From contig MNCI01001925.1 of NCBI GenBank assembly GCA_015680685.1, positions 465,573-529,572 on the forward strand: DNA of 64,000 bases, given 5' to 3'. The DNA is from Gnetum montanum (Eukaryota > Plantae > Gnetophyta). The notes beneath the pieces are model-generated. The model made no database searches and was not told the DNA's origin. It worked only from the letters and a program-made list of their open reading frames with translations. The position numbers and the translations under genes were made by a program. This document shows positions 23,401-36,652 of this stretch, one piece after another. The first letter of the stretch is position 1; every line of letters begins with the position of its first letter.

Positions 23401-24587
23401 TCCTATACACGAACCCTTTACTTGGATCTAAATGCCAAGTAAAATGGATTTTATAACTGGTGTTGTTGATGAAGTGGTTGATCGTATCAAGCAAGCTCAC
23501 CCTGGAATAGGTACACGTACCTTAAGTGTTTCGTATCCTTTGGTTTCTGTTTTTCATCCGTTGCTACTATCCAATGTCTAATGCATGTTCTCCTCATATG
23601 AGTAGGGGCTAAACTGAAATGGGATTCAGCAGAGGCCACTGGTATTGATAGATTACCTGTGCTACCTGCAGAGATTGAACAGGTGCCTCAACAAATTTAT
23701 GATGAAGTGGCAGAATGCATTGTGCAGAATGCCAAGTCCCTTTGGACGTGTATGAGTTCTATCGAGAGGCTATGGTTGCAAATTCAGGAAGGAGATAAAG
23801 AGATTTCCAAGTTTTTAACAGAGCGGGACGATCTCAAATCGCACTATGAGTTTACCTCAGCAAGGTTAACAGGTGATCGCTCTTGGCAAACTTCTGAAAT
23901 TACTTATAACAGATATTGGAATTTATTGAATCACCAAGTATTTTTGACTCGGTAGCTAGCATAGCATAAAGTGCAAATAGATTTACTGAACCTCAAATGT
24001 CAAGATTGGAAGGCTTTCACTTCTAAGGTATGAAAATGGGGTCAAGATGAGAAGACCCATAAGTATCATTATAAAAAGTTGTTAAAAGAGGTATCTATAG
24101 AGAAGTGTCAGCTCAAGATGTTTGCTGAGGGTTTAGGCGTGTGCTCTTCATTTGATGCATTTGCCAAGCATACTATGGTGGAGATGGAATCACCTAAGAG
24201 GGTAATCATCATGAATTCTGGGGAGGTTTCTATGGGGGAGTTTCCTCTGAAATGTCCCACTTGGTACGTGGTGGACAAAGGGAAGGCTTTGGCCAACGTT
24301 GATCTGGGCCTTGATGGGACTGACTGGGCAAGTGTTTCTGAAGAAGAAATCCTTCATCGGTTGGAATTCGGTCTAGTAGGATCCTCTTCAGTAAGTAATT
24401 TAAAGTTGTGAATTTTTGTTTATTAACTTTTGGAGTTCTTCTCTTTTGCTATTTGTATTAATCATTTTCTTTTACCTTTTTGTAGGGTCAGGGCGATGGC
24501 GATGGTCAAGAGGGTGGTCCCAGTGGAGCAGGGACCCATGGGGCCGGGGAGTCTGAGGGGGACACCCCTCTTGACCTTGATGCTTAG
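20417..24587 (+). pseudogene. Antisense 8-exon accessory gene of B (about 1080 codons): FCP1/NIF HAD-phosphatase-like N-terminus, central NWA domain, acidic linker, helical region, conserved C-terminal motif
   Basis: Exons 20417-20559, 20929-21378, 21455-21726, 21816-22861, 22972-23220, 23307-23510, 23606-24390, 24486-24587. All 7 introns are GT-AG and phase-compatible (2,2,1,1,1,1,0). One net frameshift near 22095 and scattered stops. Confidence 0.88.
20690..20840. repeat. Tandem repeat of about 21-28 bp (cagcgtgtacactgagttttc-like) in intron 1 of gene B
   Basis: Five to six imperfect copies visible. Confidence 0.8.
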
Positions 24588-25099
24588 CTTTAAATTTGGT
24601 CTTAGGATTTCTCATGTTTTATACGAGCTGCAAGCAGAATGTTTTGTTTTGGATTGTATATGAACTAATGGATGGGAACGGTTAACCATTGTAATTGTCT
24701 ATTTGTATATGAGTATATATTTCTTGTTTGTTGTTAAAATGATTATGCATGCGATCTATGTATCATGTGAGGACATTGCACTAAGTTGTAATTTGATGGT
24801 GATACATTTATACTTTTTTTCTATTTTTTAATTGAATTTTCTATTTATTCATTTTTTTGTTTGAATTTTATTTGAATACTAGTAAGTGCAATTTTAAAGT
24901 GAAAATCTTTTGGGCTTGAATGTAAACATGATGTAGCAATGTAAAATATTTTTGTTCATTTTGTTGCTTAAGTGTAATGCGTGAAGTACGAACAGAGGTA
25001 GGGGAATATGAAGAAACTATGGCTGATAACGTAACAACGCAACAGGGTAACATGAACTGTAAACTTGAATTGAGAAAAAAGAAATATAAGAAAAATGCT

Positions 25100-25348
25100 C
25101 TAGTTTAAGGCCATTTGGGGCCATGGGCACATATATGTCCATTTAAAGTCATGACGGAGTGTAGTCTTGATATTCTAGTTTAAAGCCATCCCGGGCCCCA
25201 TGCACTAATTTAAGGCCATTTCGGGCCCCATGTAAACAAGAGAAGTTCCAAGTGACATTGGTGAGTTCCTTGGTAAACCGGCCATTTCTGACTGTGGCTA
25301 GTTTTATGTCATTACAGACATGTGGTAGTTTAACTTCATTTTGGATGA
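25100..25348 (-). repeat. Hairpin-UAAACUAG array downstream of the gag-PR stop (B)
   Basis: GGCC-ATTTGG-GGCC, GGCC-ATTTCG-GGCC and TGTC-ATTACA-GACA, each after a tagttta-like motif. Confidence 0.85.
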
Positions 25349-25358
25349 AGCATGTAGG

Positions 25359-28300
25359 TTAACGGTTTAGTAATTTTTTGATTTTTATGAATTTAACGTT
25401 AGGAGTGATATTAATAGGTGTGATTCTATACTCAGCATCCCCTTCACTGATTACGTTGAACGGTAATTCAGCCCAAGGGACGTCTGATGGGATATGCTCT
25501 ATGTTAGTGTCTTCTAGTGTTTCCATATGTTCTATAGTTTTGATGTTTGTTGTAGTTTCTAGGCTAGGCAATGTAGGTATAGTTTTAGGTCCGGGTGTTT
25601 CTATGTTGGGTAAAGTTTCATTTACGTCTAATGGATCATTATTTACTGGTTGCGTGCAACTTTGTTTTTCATTTGTGTCATCCTATTTAGTCTCTTCAAA
25701 CTTAACCTCTGAGCCTTGGTCTGTATCTGTATTTGACAAAATGGTAGGTGTAGCAACCTCCCCGTGTATGATGATTTCACCACCTTCGTAAGGCAGGTGG
25801 ATCTATTGGTGTATAGGGGAAGATACTGCTTTGAGTTGGGCCAGCCAGGGTCTTCCTAATATTAAATTAAACCCTAGCATTTTGTCGATGACAACGAAGT
25901 TAGCTGATGTTGGGAATTGATCTCCTGCTATAAAGTCCAAAGTTATAATACCTTTTACTACTACGCATGATCCACTAAACGATTTTAAGCATGTGGTCAA
26001 AGTTGGTTTAATTAGTTGCATGAGCCCTATTTGTTCAATGATGGGGTAGGGTATTACATTTGTGGGGGCTCCGTCATCTACATGCACCTGATGTATTTTG
26101 AATTGTTCTACTTGTATTGTTATGAACATAGGTGTGTGGCTAACGTCTTCGGTTCTCTAATCAGTTTTGATGTTGTCAGTGTGGAAACGTAATGATTTAG
26201 AAGTCAATCCTTGAGACGAATACATTACCGCATGAATTGAAGGTTCATTTGGAGGTAAGTCTTCGCTTATTGGGACCGATGTTAACATGCGTACTAGCGC
26301 TTCGCGATGAGCTTGAGAAGTTAATATCAGGTCATATAGGCTTAGTGAGGTATTTTTTTGTTTAAGTGCCTACGTGACCTATGTTAAAGCTTTTGCTAAA
26401 TATTTACTATTAGGGGTATGTTTGTTAATGGTTACTTGGTCCATCAGGCCCAACAGTTTTATCTCATGTGTAGTTGGTTTGGCATTTTCTTCCATAACTA
26501 TTGATTTAGATGTATCATTCATTCCTAATGATTCTTCCTTAGCATTCAGTTCGTTAGCAGGTGATTCCATGGGTATTGCACTCAATGGAGTAGGCTTAGG
26601 GGTCCCAAGGCAATTTGTTGACGTTCTTTCTCCAATCGTTCTCATGTGAGCTTGTTTGCCAGGTGTTCCCGTGTGTGGCACGAGGGAACATTTGGTTTCT
26701 GAATATCTGATTGCTTTGGAACCTGTATGATGTATGGAGTAGGTAGAGGTTGCAATTGGACAGTTAAGGGTGGTTGAATGTCAGGCTGCCTAGGCACCCT
26801 AACAACATACGGGGTCAGTTTATTTTGTGTTTGAAGGATGGAAGGTTGGTGGTTATCAGGATGTTTGGGTATCGTGACAACATACGAAGTTGGTCTAGTT
26901 GATGGTTGTTCCTCTATAGTTGCGACCGTAGGTGATACTTGGACTACATAGGATGGGGGCCGGGTAGGAGGTTGCATGTTTATAGCAGCAGGAGGTACAC
27001 ACACCACGTATGGTTTTGGTGGTATGGTAGAGGCTGCCAACGCGAGGCATATCTAGATGACATAGGGTCTTTGCAGGGTGGGCGGATTACATGGAGAGTA
27101 TGATGATTGAGGTGCGGGAGTTTGTGCAGTAGGAGGAATATGAACTACAAAGGGTCTCGTAGGTATTTGTTGTTCATTATCTGAGTAAATGGTGTTAATT
27201 CTAGGTGCTTCTTGTTTGTTGTCTAGGTAGATGGTGTTAATTACGTATGGAGCCTCCTTAGTATTTAGAGGATCCTTATATATTCCCATAGCCTAGTTTT
27301 GTGGCTTGACCGAGTTGGCTTCATCAAAAGTAATCTCACCTTCGTCGATCATCCGTTGGATATCTTGTTTCAGGGTGAAGCAATAATCAGTGCCATGCCC
27401 ATTGTGCTGATGATAATCATAAAAGCGGTCTATTCTAAACCCTCTTGGAACTGGAGGCTCATCGGGCATTGCCAAGCTTGGGTTCTTGACCAACTAATAG
27501 AATTGATCATGCCTTTGGATTGTTGCTGGGGACAATTGTTTATGTTTCATTAGCTTGGCCTTCAAGAGTTGGTCAAATAATTGTGAAGGTTTCATGGGCA
27601 ACGGTGTGTATTGAGAGGGGCCTCTCCTCTTGAAGTTTCTCGCACAGTGTACGATTTTATGATGTGGACGGTTCGGGTGCAGTAGTAGGAGGAGGTCTAG
27701 CATAGTTACTAGGGACAGTATGCAGTTTACCTTGTTGTCTTGTACTTGTTTGTCATGTTTCCGCTACTACTGCTATTTTTGCCTTAGCCTTTTCTTTGTC
27801 TTTCTTATTGTGTTGGTTTTTAAAGGCCGAATAGGTGGGGCTATGGTTGTTTTGGATTGCCTCTTCTATGTTCTTTATTTGTATGAATGCTTGACTAAGT
27901 GTCCATGTGTTAAGGTAGTATAGCTTAGACTTCACAAAATCATTCACGGTCCCATTTAAAATAGTGAGGAGATAAGTCTCTGGGATCGATTCATGTAGTT
28001 CATTGGGGGTAGCACTCCACCGTTGAATAAATTTTTGAACAGGTTCAAGTGGTGCTTGCTTGACTTCTATCAGGCTATCAAGTATTTCTTTAGGCTTCAA
28101 GTTATACCTGAACCTAGTGACAAACTGGTGTAGTAGATCTTCCAAGAAAATATGGAGCTTTGGGGCAAAGCCCGATACCAGTCAAGCGCTCTCCCTGTGA
28201 GGGACATGGGGAACACCCACAAGATGGCATGTGGCCATGCTTGAAGTAATGTGCATTCGAATCTAAACGTTATGAGATGGGCATTGGGATTTGTCTCCCC

Positions 28301-29603
28301 ACTGTATTTAGTCAACGTAGGTAAGGAAACACCCTTAGGTAATGTTAGAGGTGGAACTGAAGAGCTAATAGGGTCATCTTAATAGAAATCCACTATCTTA
28401 AGCTCTTCCTCGGTGGTGGTTTTGAGGCACTTGACCTCGTCAGTTAGCTCTTGCATGAGTTTTTTAGCGTCAGCCTAGTCTTGGGCACTATGTGAGACCA
28501 CAGATTGATTATGTGGGGTAGTATACAAGTTAGATTATTGGATGGCGGGTGGGAGGGAGGAAAGTTGAGTGATTGGAGGTTGGGCTTGTGGAACATTCAT
28601 GGTAGATGCTGCTAAGGGTGGCATATTATAAGAAAAGTGTTGTTGTGGTTGTTGTTGCTATACCTGAGGGATGTTTATGGGTGGAATTGTAGGAGGTGGT
28701 ACATTGTAATTATGGGGTTGATGTGCTTGTGTACTAGTCCCAGCCCATTGTCTGATCACGTTTTGTGCAGAAACACCCTAAACTTATTGAGTTGAAGTGG
28801 TGAAGGGAGCTCCTTAAGTTTGGATCCATGGTATATAGTGTGCGGATGTAGAAGCTGGTATCACATATGGCATCCTGATCACTCGGGGTGGGAAGGTCAC
28901 TCCTACATTATTTTGAGGGGGTTGTTGTTGGGGTTGTATTTGCAAGGGGGGGGGGGTAATATGGTGACTGGAGGAATAGTAGCGATGGGTATGTTGAATT
29001 GGTTACAGTCATAGGGAGAGTGGGAATGAGAGTAGAGGCTTCTTGTTGAGGCACAAGTGCTTGAGTGGTTCTGAGTGACTGGAGGGACGTAGTTTCTCCC
29101 GTGAATGGGTGAAACAACAAGTTCAGGTAACTTTGTGGGCTAAGGGTATAGTATGAATCTTCATTTTCGGACTAAGCGGAAAATTCATCCTCCTCTTCCA
29201 ATTGAGGATTTGCCATAGATTGGTCTAAAGACTGATTCCTATCTAGGAGGAGTTGTGAGATAAGTTCAGAGTAGTGCTCGGGGATAGGGATGATGTCATA
29301 TGGGGAAGGGATGAACTCATGTCCTTCCCTATGAAACAGGTCATATTGTCTCTTGACCTCCATTTCAATTTGATCTACTATTAGGCCAGCTTGGATTTTT
29401 ATTCATATGAAATTATATTGTTCCTGTGTGATAACATTAAATGATGGATTCTTCCCTTGTAGTCAGAGAGATCGACGGGGTCCTCCGCGGGAATTAACCT
29501 CACGATGGGTTCCTATGGGTTGCATAACAAGCATCAACATCATCGTGGGGCCCACGATATCCAGAATGGACTTGGTTGAGACATTAGTGCTGGTGGTATT
29601 CAT
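25359..29603 (-). pseudogene. gag: gag-aspartic protease ORF of B, degenerate, with its own stop at 25359
   Basis: Capsid: KYSGETNPNAHL, FPMSLTGRALDWY, LLHQFVTRFRYN. YTPLP. Knuckle-like YHQHNGHGTDYC. Protease: VHVDDGAPTNVIP, FNLILGRPWL. The start ATG at 29603 is tentative. Confidence 0.9.
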
Positions 29604-29729
29604 GGTGAAAAGGTTGTAAATGTAACTCGATGGAAAGGATGCAATGTCAGGGTGTACAGGTAAGGACTTGGCCGAGTATGAAATGGGTGTGCTTATCAGT
29701 GTACACCTAAGTTAACAACGTGCAAGCTG

Positions 29730-30140
29730 TTGGCACAGCGTGTGGACTGGGTCCCAGCATATAGACTTCAGCGACCAGCATACTAAAACTGGTGACCACA
29801 TGTAAACCGAGGTCACAATGTGCAGGCTACAATTGTCAGTGTACAAATAGGATGACGAGCATGCAGGTTTTCAGGGCAGCATCTAGACAGAGTCTATAGT
29901 GTACAGATTTACAGGACAGCATGTAGACTGAGTCTACAACATATAGGTTTATAGGACTATGTGTAGACAGAGTCTACAGCATGTGGGTTAGATGATTGCA
30001 GCATGCAGGAAGGGTCTATAGTGCGAGTAAGATGTTTGCAGCGTGTAGATGTTGAGAATGTTTGCAGCATGTAGACGCTGAGAGTGTTTGTAGTGTGTAG
30101 ACACTGAGAGTGTTTGTAGTTTGTAGATGCTGGGAATGTT
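29730..30140. repeat. Degenerate repeats of about 20-23 bp (gcagcatgtagacgctgagagtgttt-like) in the 5' leader of B
   Basis: Multiple imperfect copies sharing a core with the intron-1 repeat and the B LTR motif. Confidence 0.7.
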
Positions 30141-30258
30141 ATAGAAAAAGGTACTAAATTTGAAGGTTCAAAATTGCTGAGTCTGAGGACGCTTGGTAGT
30201 AGATCGACAGTACAGGGAGCAGGTGTGTGAGATTAAGTTAGATTTAGACAATTTCAGG

Positions 30259-30275
30259 CCCTCCTTCTAGCACCA
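30259..30275 (-). promoter_or_regulatory. Primer binding site of B (tRNA-Asn)
   Basis: Minus strand TGGTGCTAGAAGGAGGG, complementary (one CpG-type transition) to the plant tRNA-Asn 3' end CCCUCCUUCUAGCGCCA; 5 nt from the LTR. Confidence 0.85.
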
Positions 30276-30280
30276 ATTTC

Positions 30281-31683
30281 TGTACTGTCTGAAATCATCG
30301 GTGGCTAGAATTAAATATATGGTAAGAGATTCATAGACAAACATAGAAGACCCTACCTTTGCTTAAGGGTGAGTTGGAACTGACGAAGGTAGAGTACCTT
30401 GGGTGGTCCGCATGCGGATCAGACAAGGATTTCCCCGAACATATGTTGATGCACGATATGCCGGGTTATACGTAAACGGTATGAAAAATGTAAACAGTGC
30501 GTATGAATGTAAAAAAGAGATAAAAAAACAAAATGCAAACGAAAACTATGACAAATCTTAGCTGAAAATGCAGCAATACTATTGGATGATAAAAATTACA
30601 ATGCACCGATCTAGATGTAGTTGTGATCTGACACAAGGCAGACGAAGAGCCCCAGTGAACGCAGGGGTGTGATAGCATGCTGGTTCAAATTGCAGGCATA
30701 GTGTAGAGGTTGTATGCTTAGCATGCATGGTCCAAGTCTAGCGTATAGGATGGATGTCATGAATGTTCTCAGTGTGGATTGCCCAGATTCTTGCCAATAT
30801 TTCCTCTAATTTTCCCACCCTAATCTAGTCAAAAATATGGATTTTTGTACAAGTTTGGGCATTAAATTTAGATCTAAGATGGGATGATTGGCTGTGGAAT
30901 GCTAGAATTTCAAATTGGGTGACAAATGGCTACGTTGCCCAGGTGGAAAGAATGAAACTTTACAAGTGTGCAGCATGCTACATGCCAACATGTGCTACTG
31001 CATGCCGGTGTGTACATGCTGGCGTGTGAATTCAGCATATAGACTTGACTAAAACAAAAGAATTTATTTTTACAAACTACTATTACAACAGGAAGTATCA
31101 AATTCAGCCTTCAGATTTGGGCTAGGATGTCGTGAGAGTGTTGCTTGCAATTATTCTTAGACTTGATCTAACATGGTTCTGCTGTTGTCTTCTACTGATG
31201 TAAACTATGCTGCATGCTAGATGGTGCACGTCGGGCATACATGCTAGGCGTACACACTGGGTGTACACGCTGGGTGTACAAGATGTACATGCTCAACATG
31301 TGAACCCCAAAGTGCATGATTTCAAGGTCAAAACCCAATTTTCTTGAGCCCATGATGATGCCTAAAAATTGCTCTGTCTCTGAGAGTTAATTCCTTGTGA
31401 CAATCTTGCTTTGGAGTGCCTATTTTGGGTAATCTCTAAAGTTGCATGCTGGGCGTGGACGCTGCATACTCAGTAAAACCAAGTATTTTGAGCTAAAAAT
31501 GGTAGGTTTGATTTCGGATGTTGCCATAGTCTTCTGTGGATCCTAGGGAACCATTTCTTGTTCAGTTCGACTCCGTTTGAAGCTATCTACGAGGTCTTCA
31601 AGCTTCAGTCATGGTGGGGAGCATCATGACTTAGCTTGATTCTTATCGGAGGAGTACTAAGCTCAAAATTTTGTGGTGTTTCA
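30281..31683 (-). repeat. 5' LTR of element B (1403 bp)
   Basis: Flanked by the PBS and TSD ACCTC. Confidence 0.93.
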
Positions 31684-31688
31684 ACCTC

Positions 31689-32406
31689 CACTCTAGAAAT
31701 GAATTTCTATTGGCCCATGATACCTGCGATGGTAGTTGATGCATGACCATCATTGATTATGCAAGATATTGAATGACCATCCAGTGCAACAATGAGGCCA
31801 CACAAAAAATAATTGAGCAGTGAATGCAGATGGACTTGTTGGCCCATAAGAACCATGATTGGAAAGATTACAGCACAAGAGTTTATGAGTGGGGGCAGTC
31901 CTAGAAAAACAACAAGCATGTGTATAAACTAGAACATGGCACCTATCATAAACAATACCAGGATGCTTTAGTAAAGTTGTATATTCATGAAGCATTCCTG
32001 GATGCCATTGGTGCTTCTAAGGCTTACAACAAGTTCATGTAATAAGTGGTGATTAGTGAATCCCCTGAATGGGAACTGAACCTTCCCATAGTTCCAAGAC
32101 CACCAAGATGGACGGCTGTTGAAAAGAAGAAAGTTGCAATAGACATTAACTTGGGTGATAGGTACTAGGCAGATATTATAGAGGAGGAGGTCTGGCAATG
32201 CCTCAGGATTTGTTTGGATCACATTCCCCCTGAGACAGATGTGGGGCCATCTCAGGTTAGTCACTTTATTGTAATACAACTATTTATTTCATTCTAACTT
32301 TTACTATGACTCAAGATAACTACATTTTTTTATAATGCAGATTCCGAATGAAGAAGTAGGGTCCTATGAGGGCGGGAATGATGATGCAGGGGAAGATGAT
32401 GCATAA
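31689..32406 (+). pseudogene. Antisense accessory gene of A, 3' part
   Basis: Reading continues across the B insertion (..TKVGDL|HSRNEFLL..). PPRWTAVEKKK..INLG..EEEV matches B PTWYVVDKGK..VDLG..EEEI. Last intron 32256-32340, stop at 32404-32406. Confidence 0.8.
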
Positions 32407-32539
32407 TAGCAAGGGATCTTGTTGTGTATTTTGCAAGAATTTTACAAACATTATTTAATTTTGAATGGAAAATATATTATTAAAATATTTGGTTTAGATT
32501 GCATATTGTCTATGTGATCGATTTTTATTATTTTTTTCC

Positions 32540-32770
32540 AATTTTAGGCCTTGGCGGGCCGTAGCATAATGTGAACAATAAATTTTGCTAGTTTTAGGCC
32601 ATAGTGGGCTACATGTAGTTTTAGGCCATAGTGGGCCACATGTAGTTTTAGGCCATTTCGAGTCATCACTATTTTTAGGCCATTTCGGGCCATGGTTAGT
32701 TTTAGGTCATTTCGGATCGTGACGTGATGCAAACAAAATGTTTTGGTAGTTTTAGGCCTTAGCGGGTCAT
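32540..32770 (-). repeat. Hairpin-UAAACUAG array downstream of gag-PR (A)
   Basis: tagttttaggcc-N6-ggcc units with a period of about 24-27 bp. Confidence 0.88.
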
Positions 32771-32909
32771 AACATGATGTGAATGGTGAGTACGTGAACC
32801 ATTTAAAGGAATTATTTTGGAACCTAGTATAGATAGATGGATGTAAGGCAAACAGGCGATAAAATGTACAATAGATGATAACTGGGCAGTAAACAGTGGA
32901 GTTGCTACG

Positions 32910-35900
32910 CTATACATAGCTGCTTTCGAACCCATCATGGATTTGGTGAGGTGTAAGGCCGAGAAGCTTTACTATGGCCTTCTTCTACATCATTTTCTTT
33001 TGCTTGGAAACACAACTTAGTCCATGCATTTTTTTCTAAGCCAATGGGTTGGGCTGGATCTTTCACTAAACAATTAGTGTCAACAGAGATAGGCACCTCA
33101 TTCTTAGAGGTTATGACCTTTGAACCCTACTCCATATCTACATTTTTTATTTCTTGCACTGCTACCTCGTCACCATGGATCACCACCTCCATGCGTGCAT
33201 AGGGTAGATTGACCTCTTGATGTATGGGTGAAGAGATGACCCTAAGTTGGGCTAACCAAGACCTCCCCAAAATTAGGTTAAACCCAGGCATCTCTTCCAT
33301 CACAATAAATGCTACCTTTGTGGGGAACTGGTCTCCTGCCACAAAGTCAATGTGAACCATGCCTTTTACCATGACCCATTCCCCATTGAATGACTTCAAG
33401 CATGACATTTTCATGGGTTTGATTTGGTATACCAAGCCCAGTTTATCCACAATGGGGAATGGAATGATGTTCGTAGCAGCCTCATCATCAATGTGTACCC
33501 TTCAAATCTTATGTTGGCTAACCCGAATTGTGATGAACAGAGGTGCTGTAGTTACCTGACATTTTTTAAGGTCTTCCATAATGGAATCATCACAGAATGT
33601 CAATTGGGATGGTTGTAATTCTATAGGTGTAGAAAAAAGCATAAACGAATGGATTTCTTTTTCTTCTGCTGGCATGTTCTCGTCAACTGGAATTACCATT
33701 AACATGCGAACCAGAGCCTCATGGTGTGTGGTAGAAGTCATTATCAGGTCTTATAGGCTCAACATTGTGTTATTTTGTTTTAGAGCCTACTTGACCTAAG
33801 TAATAGTGCTTAATAGATCTCGTCCACCTTCCTATTGCTTGCTGTCCTTCTCCTCTTCCATTCGTCCTAGGACACTAATATTATGAGGAGGACCGGCTTC
33901 GGGTTTACGATCAGACCCTTTTGGGCGATGTGGCAATGACCATGCATGCCTAGCAGCATTCACTTTTGGTGATAAGGATATAGATGTAGAGGATGAGGGA
34001 GTAGGCTTGGAAGGACCTAGGATGGTGCCTTCCATTGTTGCCTCACTTGTCAAACGCTCTTCTCGTTTCCTAGGACAAGAAGGTTGTGGTGCCATCTTAT
34101 GGGGGCTAGGGACAGTTGAATGAGTTGGCCCCTTAATGTTGAATGGTGTTGTCGGTGTTACTGCATGTGGTGGTGTGGCCTTGTTTAGAGAGGGTGTAGG
34201 GGTAGATTTCTGAGGAGGAACCCTTAGGAAAAATGGTTTTTGCGGTGGTTGTTTAGCCACTGGTGGTGTAGGTGCGCTATGTTGAGGCACACAAACCAAA
34301 AATAGCTGTTGAGGTGGTTTAGGATTATCATCAATGCTGATAGTATTGATAATGTAACTGATGTTGCTGGTGTTAAGCAGGTCTATGTAAACATGCATAG
34401 ATTGATATTCAGGATGTACAGGGTTGCTTTCATCCAGAAGAAACTTCCCTTGATCAATCATTCATTGTATGTTGTCTTTTAATGCCAAATAGTAATCTAT
34501 GTCATGACCACATACTTGATGGTAGTCACAGAACCGCTCCAACTTGAAATTCTTAGGAACTAGGAGCTCATTTCGCAAGGCTAAGGAGGGGTTCCTAAGG
34601 ATTTTGTAGTGTTGTTGATGCCTTTTGATTACCTCCTCTGACATTCACATATGTTGAATATAGCCCATTCCCAGTATTTGCTTCAAAAGTTCTGAAGGCT
34701 TGACGAGTAGTGGGGTATATTTAGAGTTATCTTTATACAAAAAATTAGGTTTTGGCGGAGTGGATGCTTTGAGTGTCAAGGTGGAGGCTTGAGTAGCATT
34801 GCTTGGTGTGGGTGCAGGGTTAGATGGTGTAGTGGGTGCCTTCCTGTTGTTGTTTTTGTTGTTGTGCTTGGTTTGATTTGTCACAATGGCCACTGTGGTT
34901 GTTGCAGCCTTATCCTTATCTTTTTCTTTCTTTGCAAACGTGTTCTTCTATGCAACATAAGCCAAGTCTTTATTTTTCTTGGCCCCATCTTGTATGTTCT
35001 TGGTCTAGGAAAAAGCCTGACTAAGAGTCTGTGGAGTGAGATAGTATAGTTTGGACTTAATGAAGTTGTTCACTGCATACTTAAAGATGGTTAGTAGATG
35101 AGCCTTTATGATAAGATCATGGATCTCATTAAGGGTAGCACTCCACCACTATATGAATTTCTGGACTAGTTCTAGGGTATCCTATTTCACACTCATCAAC
35201 TAATCCAACGTAACCTCTACTCTCAAGTTATACTTGAAATGAGTTACTAATTAGGTTAGTAGCTCCTCTAGGGTGAGATAGAAGAGTGTGGGAGCGCACG
35301 ATACTAGTCCAAGGCTTTACCCATCAGAGACATAGCAGAGACATGGATAATTTTGTGTGTCCATTATTGCAAAATAAGAGACTCATATCTAAATGTAACA
35401 AGGTGTGCATTGGAATCATCCTCCCTATTGTATTTTGTAAAGTGGGGGAGTGGCATCTTGGGGGGTAGTATTAGCATGGGGATTGTCGAGCTAATTGGAT
35501 CGTCATGGTAGAAATCCATGATTTGCACCATGTCAGAACTCACTATCTTGAGGTTTCTAACCTCTTCAGTAAGGGTCTACATAAGTTGGAATGCTTGATC
35601 CAGACCTGGGGGCAACATAGACAGTTGGGGAGCTACAGGGAAAACTCCCATTGGTGGCATAGCTGAGACAACGACCTGGCTCATAGGCGGTGCCGGTGGG
35701 GCAGCTCCTATGAAGGGTGCTGCTGGTGTTATCCACCACCCAGTGGGTGGTGCTATTGGGGTAGCAGCCGCTAGCAGTGCTATAGGGTTGGCAGTTCATG
35801 TGACTGGTGGGGCAGACTAGGGTCCCATGCTTGGTTGTGCCACTTGCAGGATCTAGTACATTTGGTGGTGAGCGTAGTGGGACATTTGCGAAGGTTGAGA

Positions 35901-36652
35901 AATAGGGGGGGAAGTGAATGGGATCCATCATGTGGTTGGGGGTGGACCTGCCACTGATAGAAGAATAGGTGTAGATGCCAGAATGGATGTAAAAGCTGCA
36001 TGCAAATGCAACGTAGACACAATATGAATATAGGGCAGGGTAGCCGTGATCGATGCATGATATGCTAAGGGAATGGATTGGGGGACCGATTATGAGGATG
36101 TAATTCTTGGAAATGAAATGGGGGAATAGACATGTTGATATGCCAAGTGCATGGCATGGCTACCTATTTCCAATGAAACTACAAATTGTAATGGAGTATA
36201 TGTAATCATGAAGGGAACATTCGTAAAGAGCAGGTTCGACTCGAAGGACGGAGGGGAGGGATAGTCATAGGGTTAGTTTGACCCCCACCCTCAGACTGGG
36301 AATCTAGGTGCTCCTGTCTATCCTAAAATGCCTCTTCATGATGGGACACCATGTTCCACTGCTCCCTAGACCCACATACCCATATCAGCTGATCTAAGAT
36401 CGACTGATGCATTTGCGTTAGGGGAATAAGAACGCTAGAAGTAAGGACGAATTCCTTCCCATTGTGGTACAATAACTCGAAGTTACATTTGTCTTTCAAT
36501 TCCTATGCATTCAAGGGTAGATTCTCATGGATATTTGCACAAATAAATCCCTAAATATTAGCATGTTGTGCCAAGCTCTCAGGTGGTCAATTTTGGATCC
36601 TAAGAGATCAGTGTGGTTCTAGCACTGGGCTAGGTGGTTTCTCGGCACCCAT
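32910..36652 (-). pseudogene. gag: gag-protease ORF of A, degenerate
   Basis: KYTPLLVKPSELL, FCDYHQVCGHDIDY, HEALVRML, FNLILGRSWLAQL, Pro-rich stretches; parallels B. Boundaries approximate. Confidence 0.85.

Larger units (their letters stand above)
13579..31683 (-). mobile_element. Element B: full-length Tat-like LTR retrotransposon (18.1 kb), best preserved copy
   Basis: LTRs 13579-15028 and 30281-31683 (TGTACTG...TACA/TTCA). Perfect TSD ACCTC at 13574-13578 and 31684-31688. PBS, PPT, gag-PR and pol present. Confidence 0.95.

Noticed and set aside
20417-24587. Interpretation of the multi-exon gene as a resident host gene or an independent DNA transposon
   Set aside because: It lies inside TSD-bounded LTR elements at the same position in A and B, and next to the same array in C. 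I saw no TIR, TSD or transposase motifs of its own.
30259-30275. tRNA-like sequence (also 36928 and 46717)
   Set aside because: Only the 3' 17 nt match and they sit next to LTRs, so these are primer binding sites, not tRNA genes.
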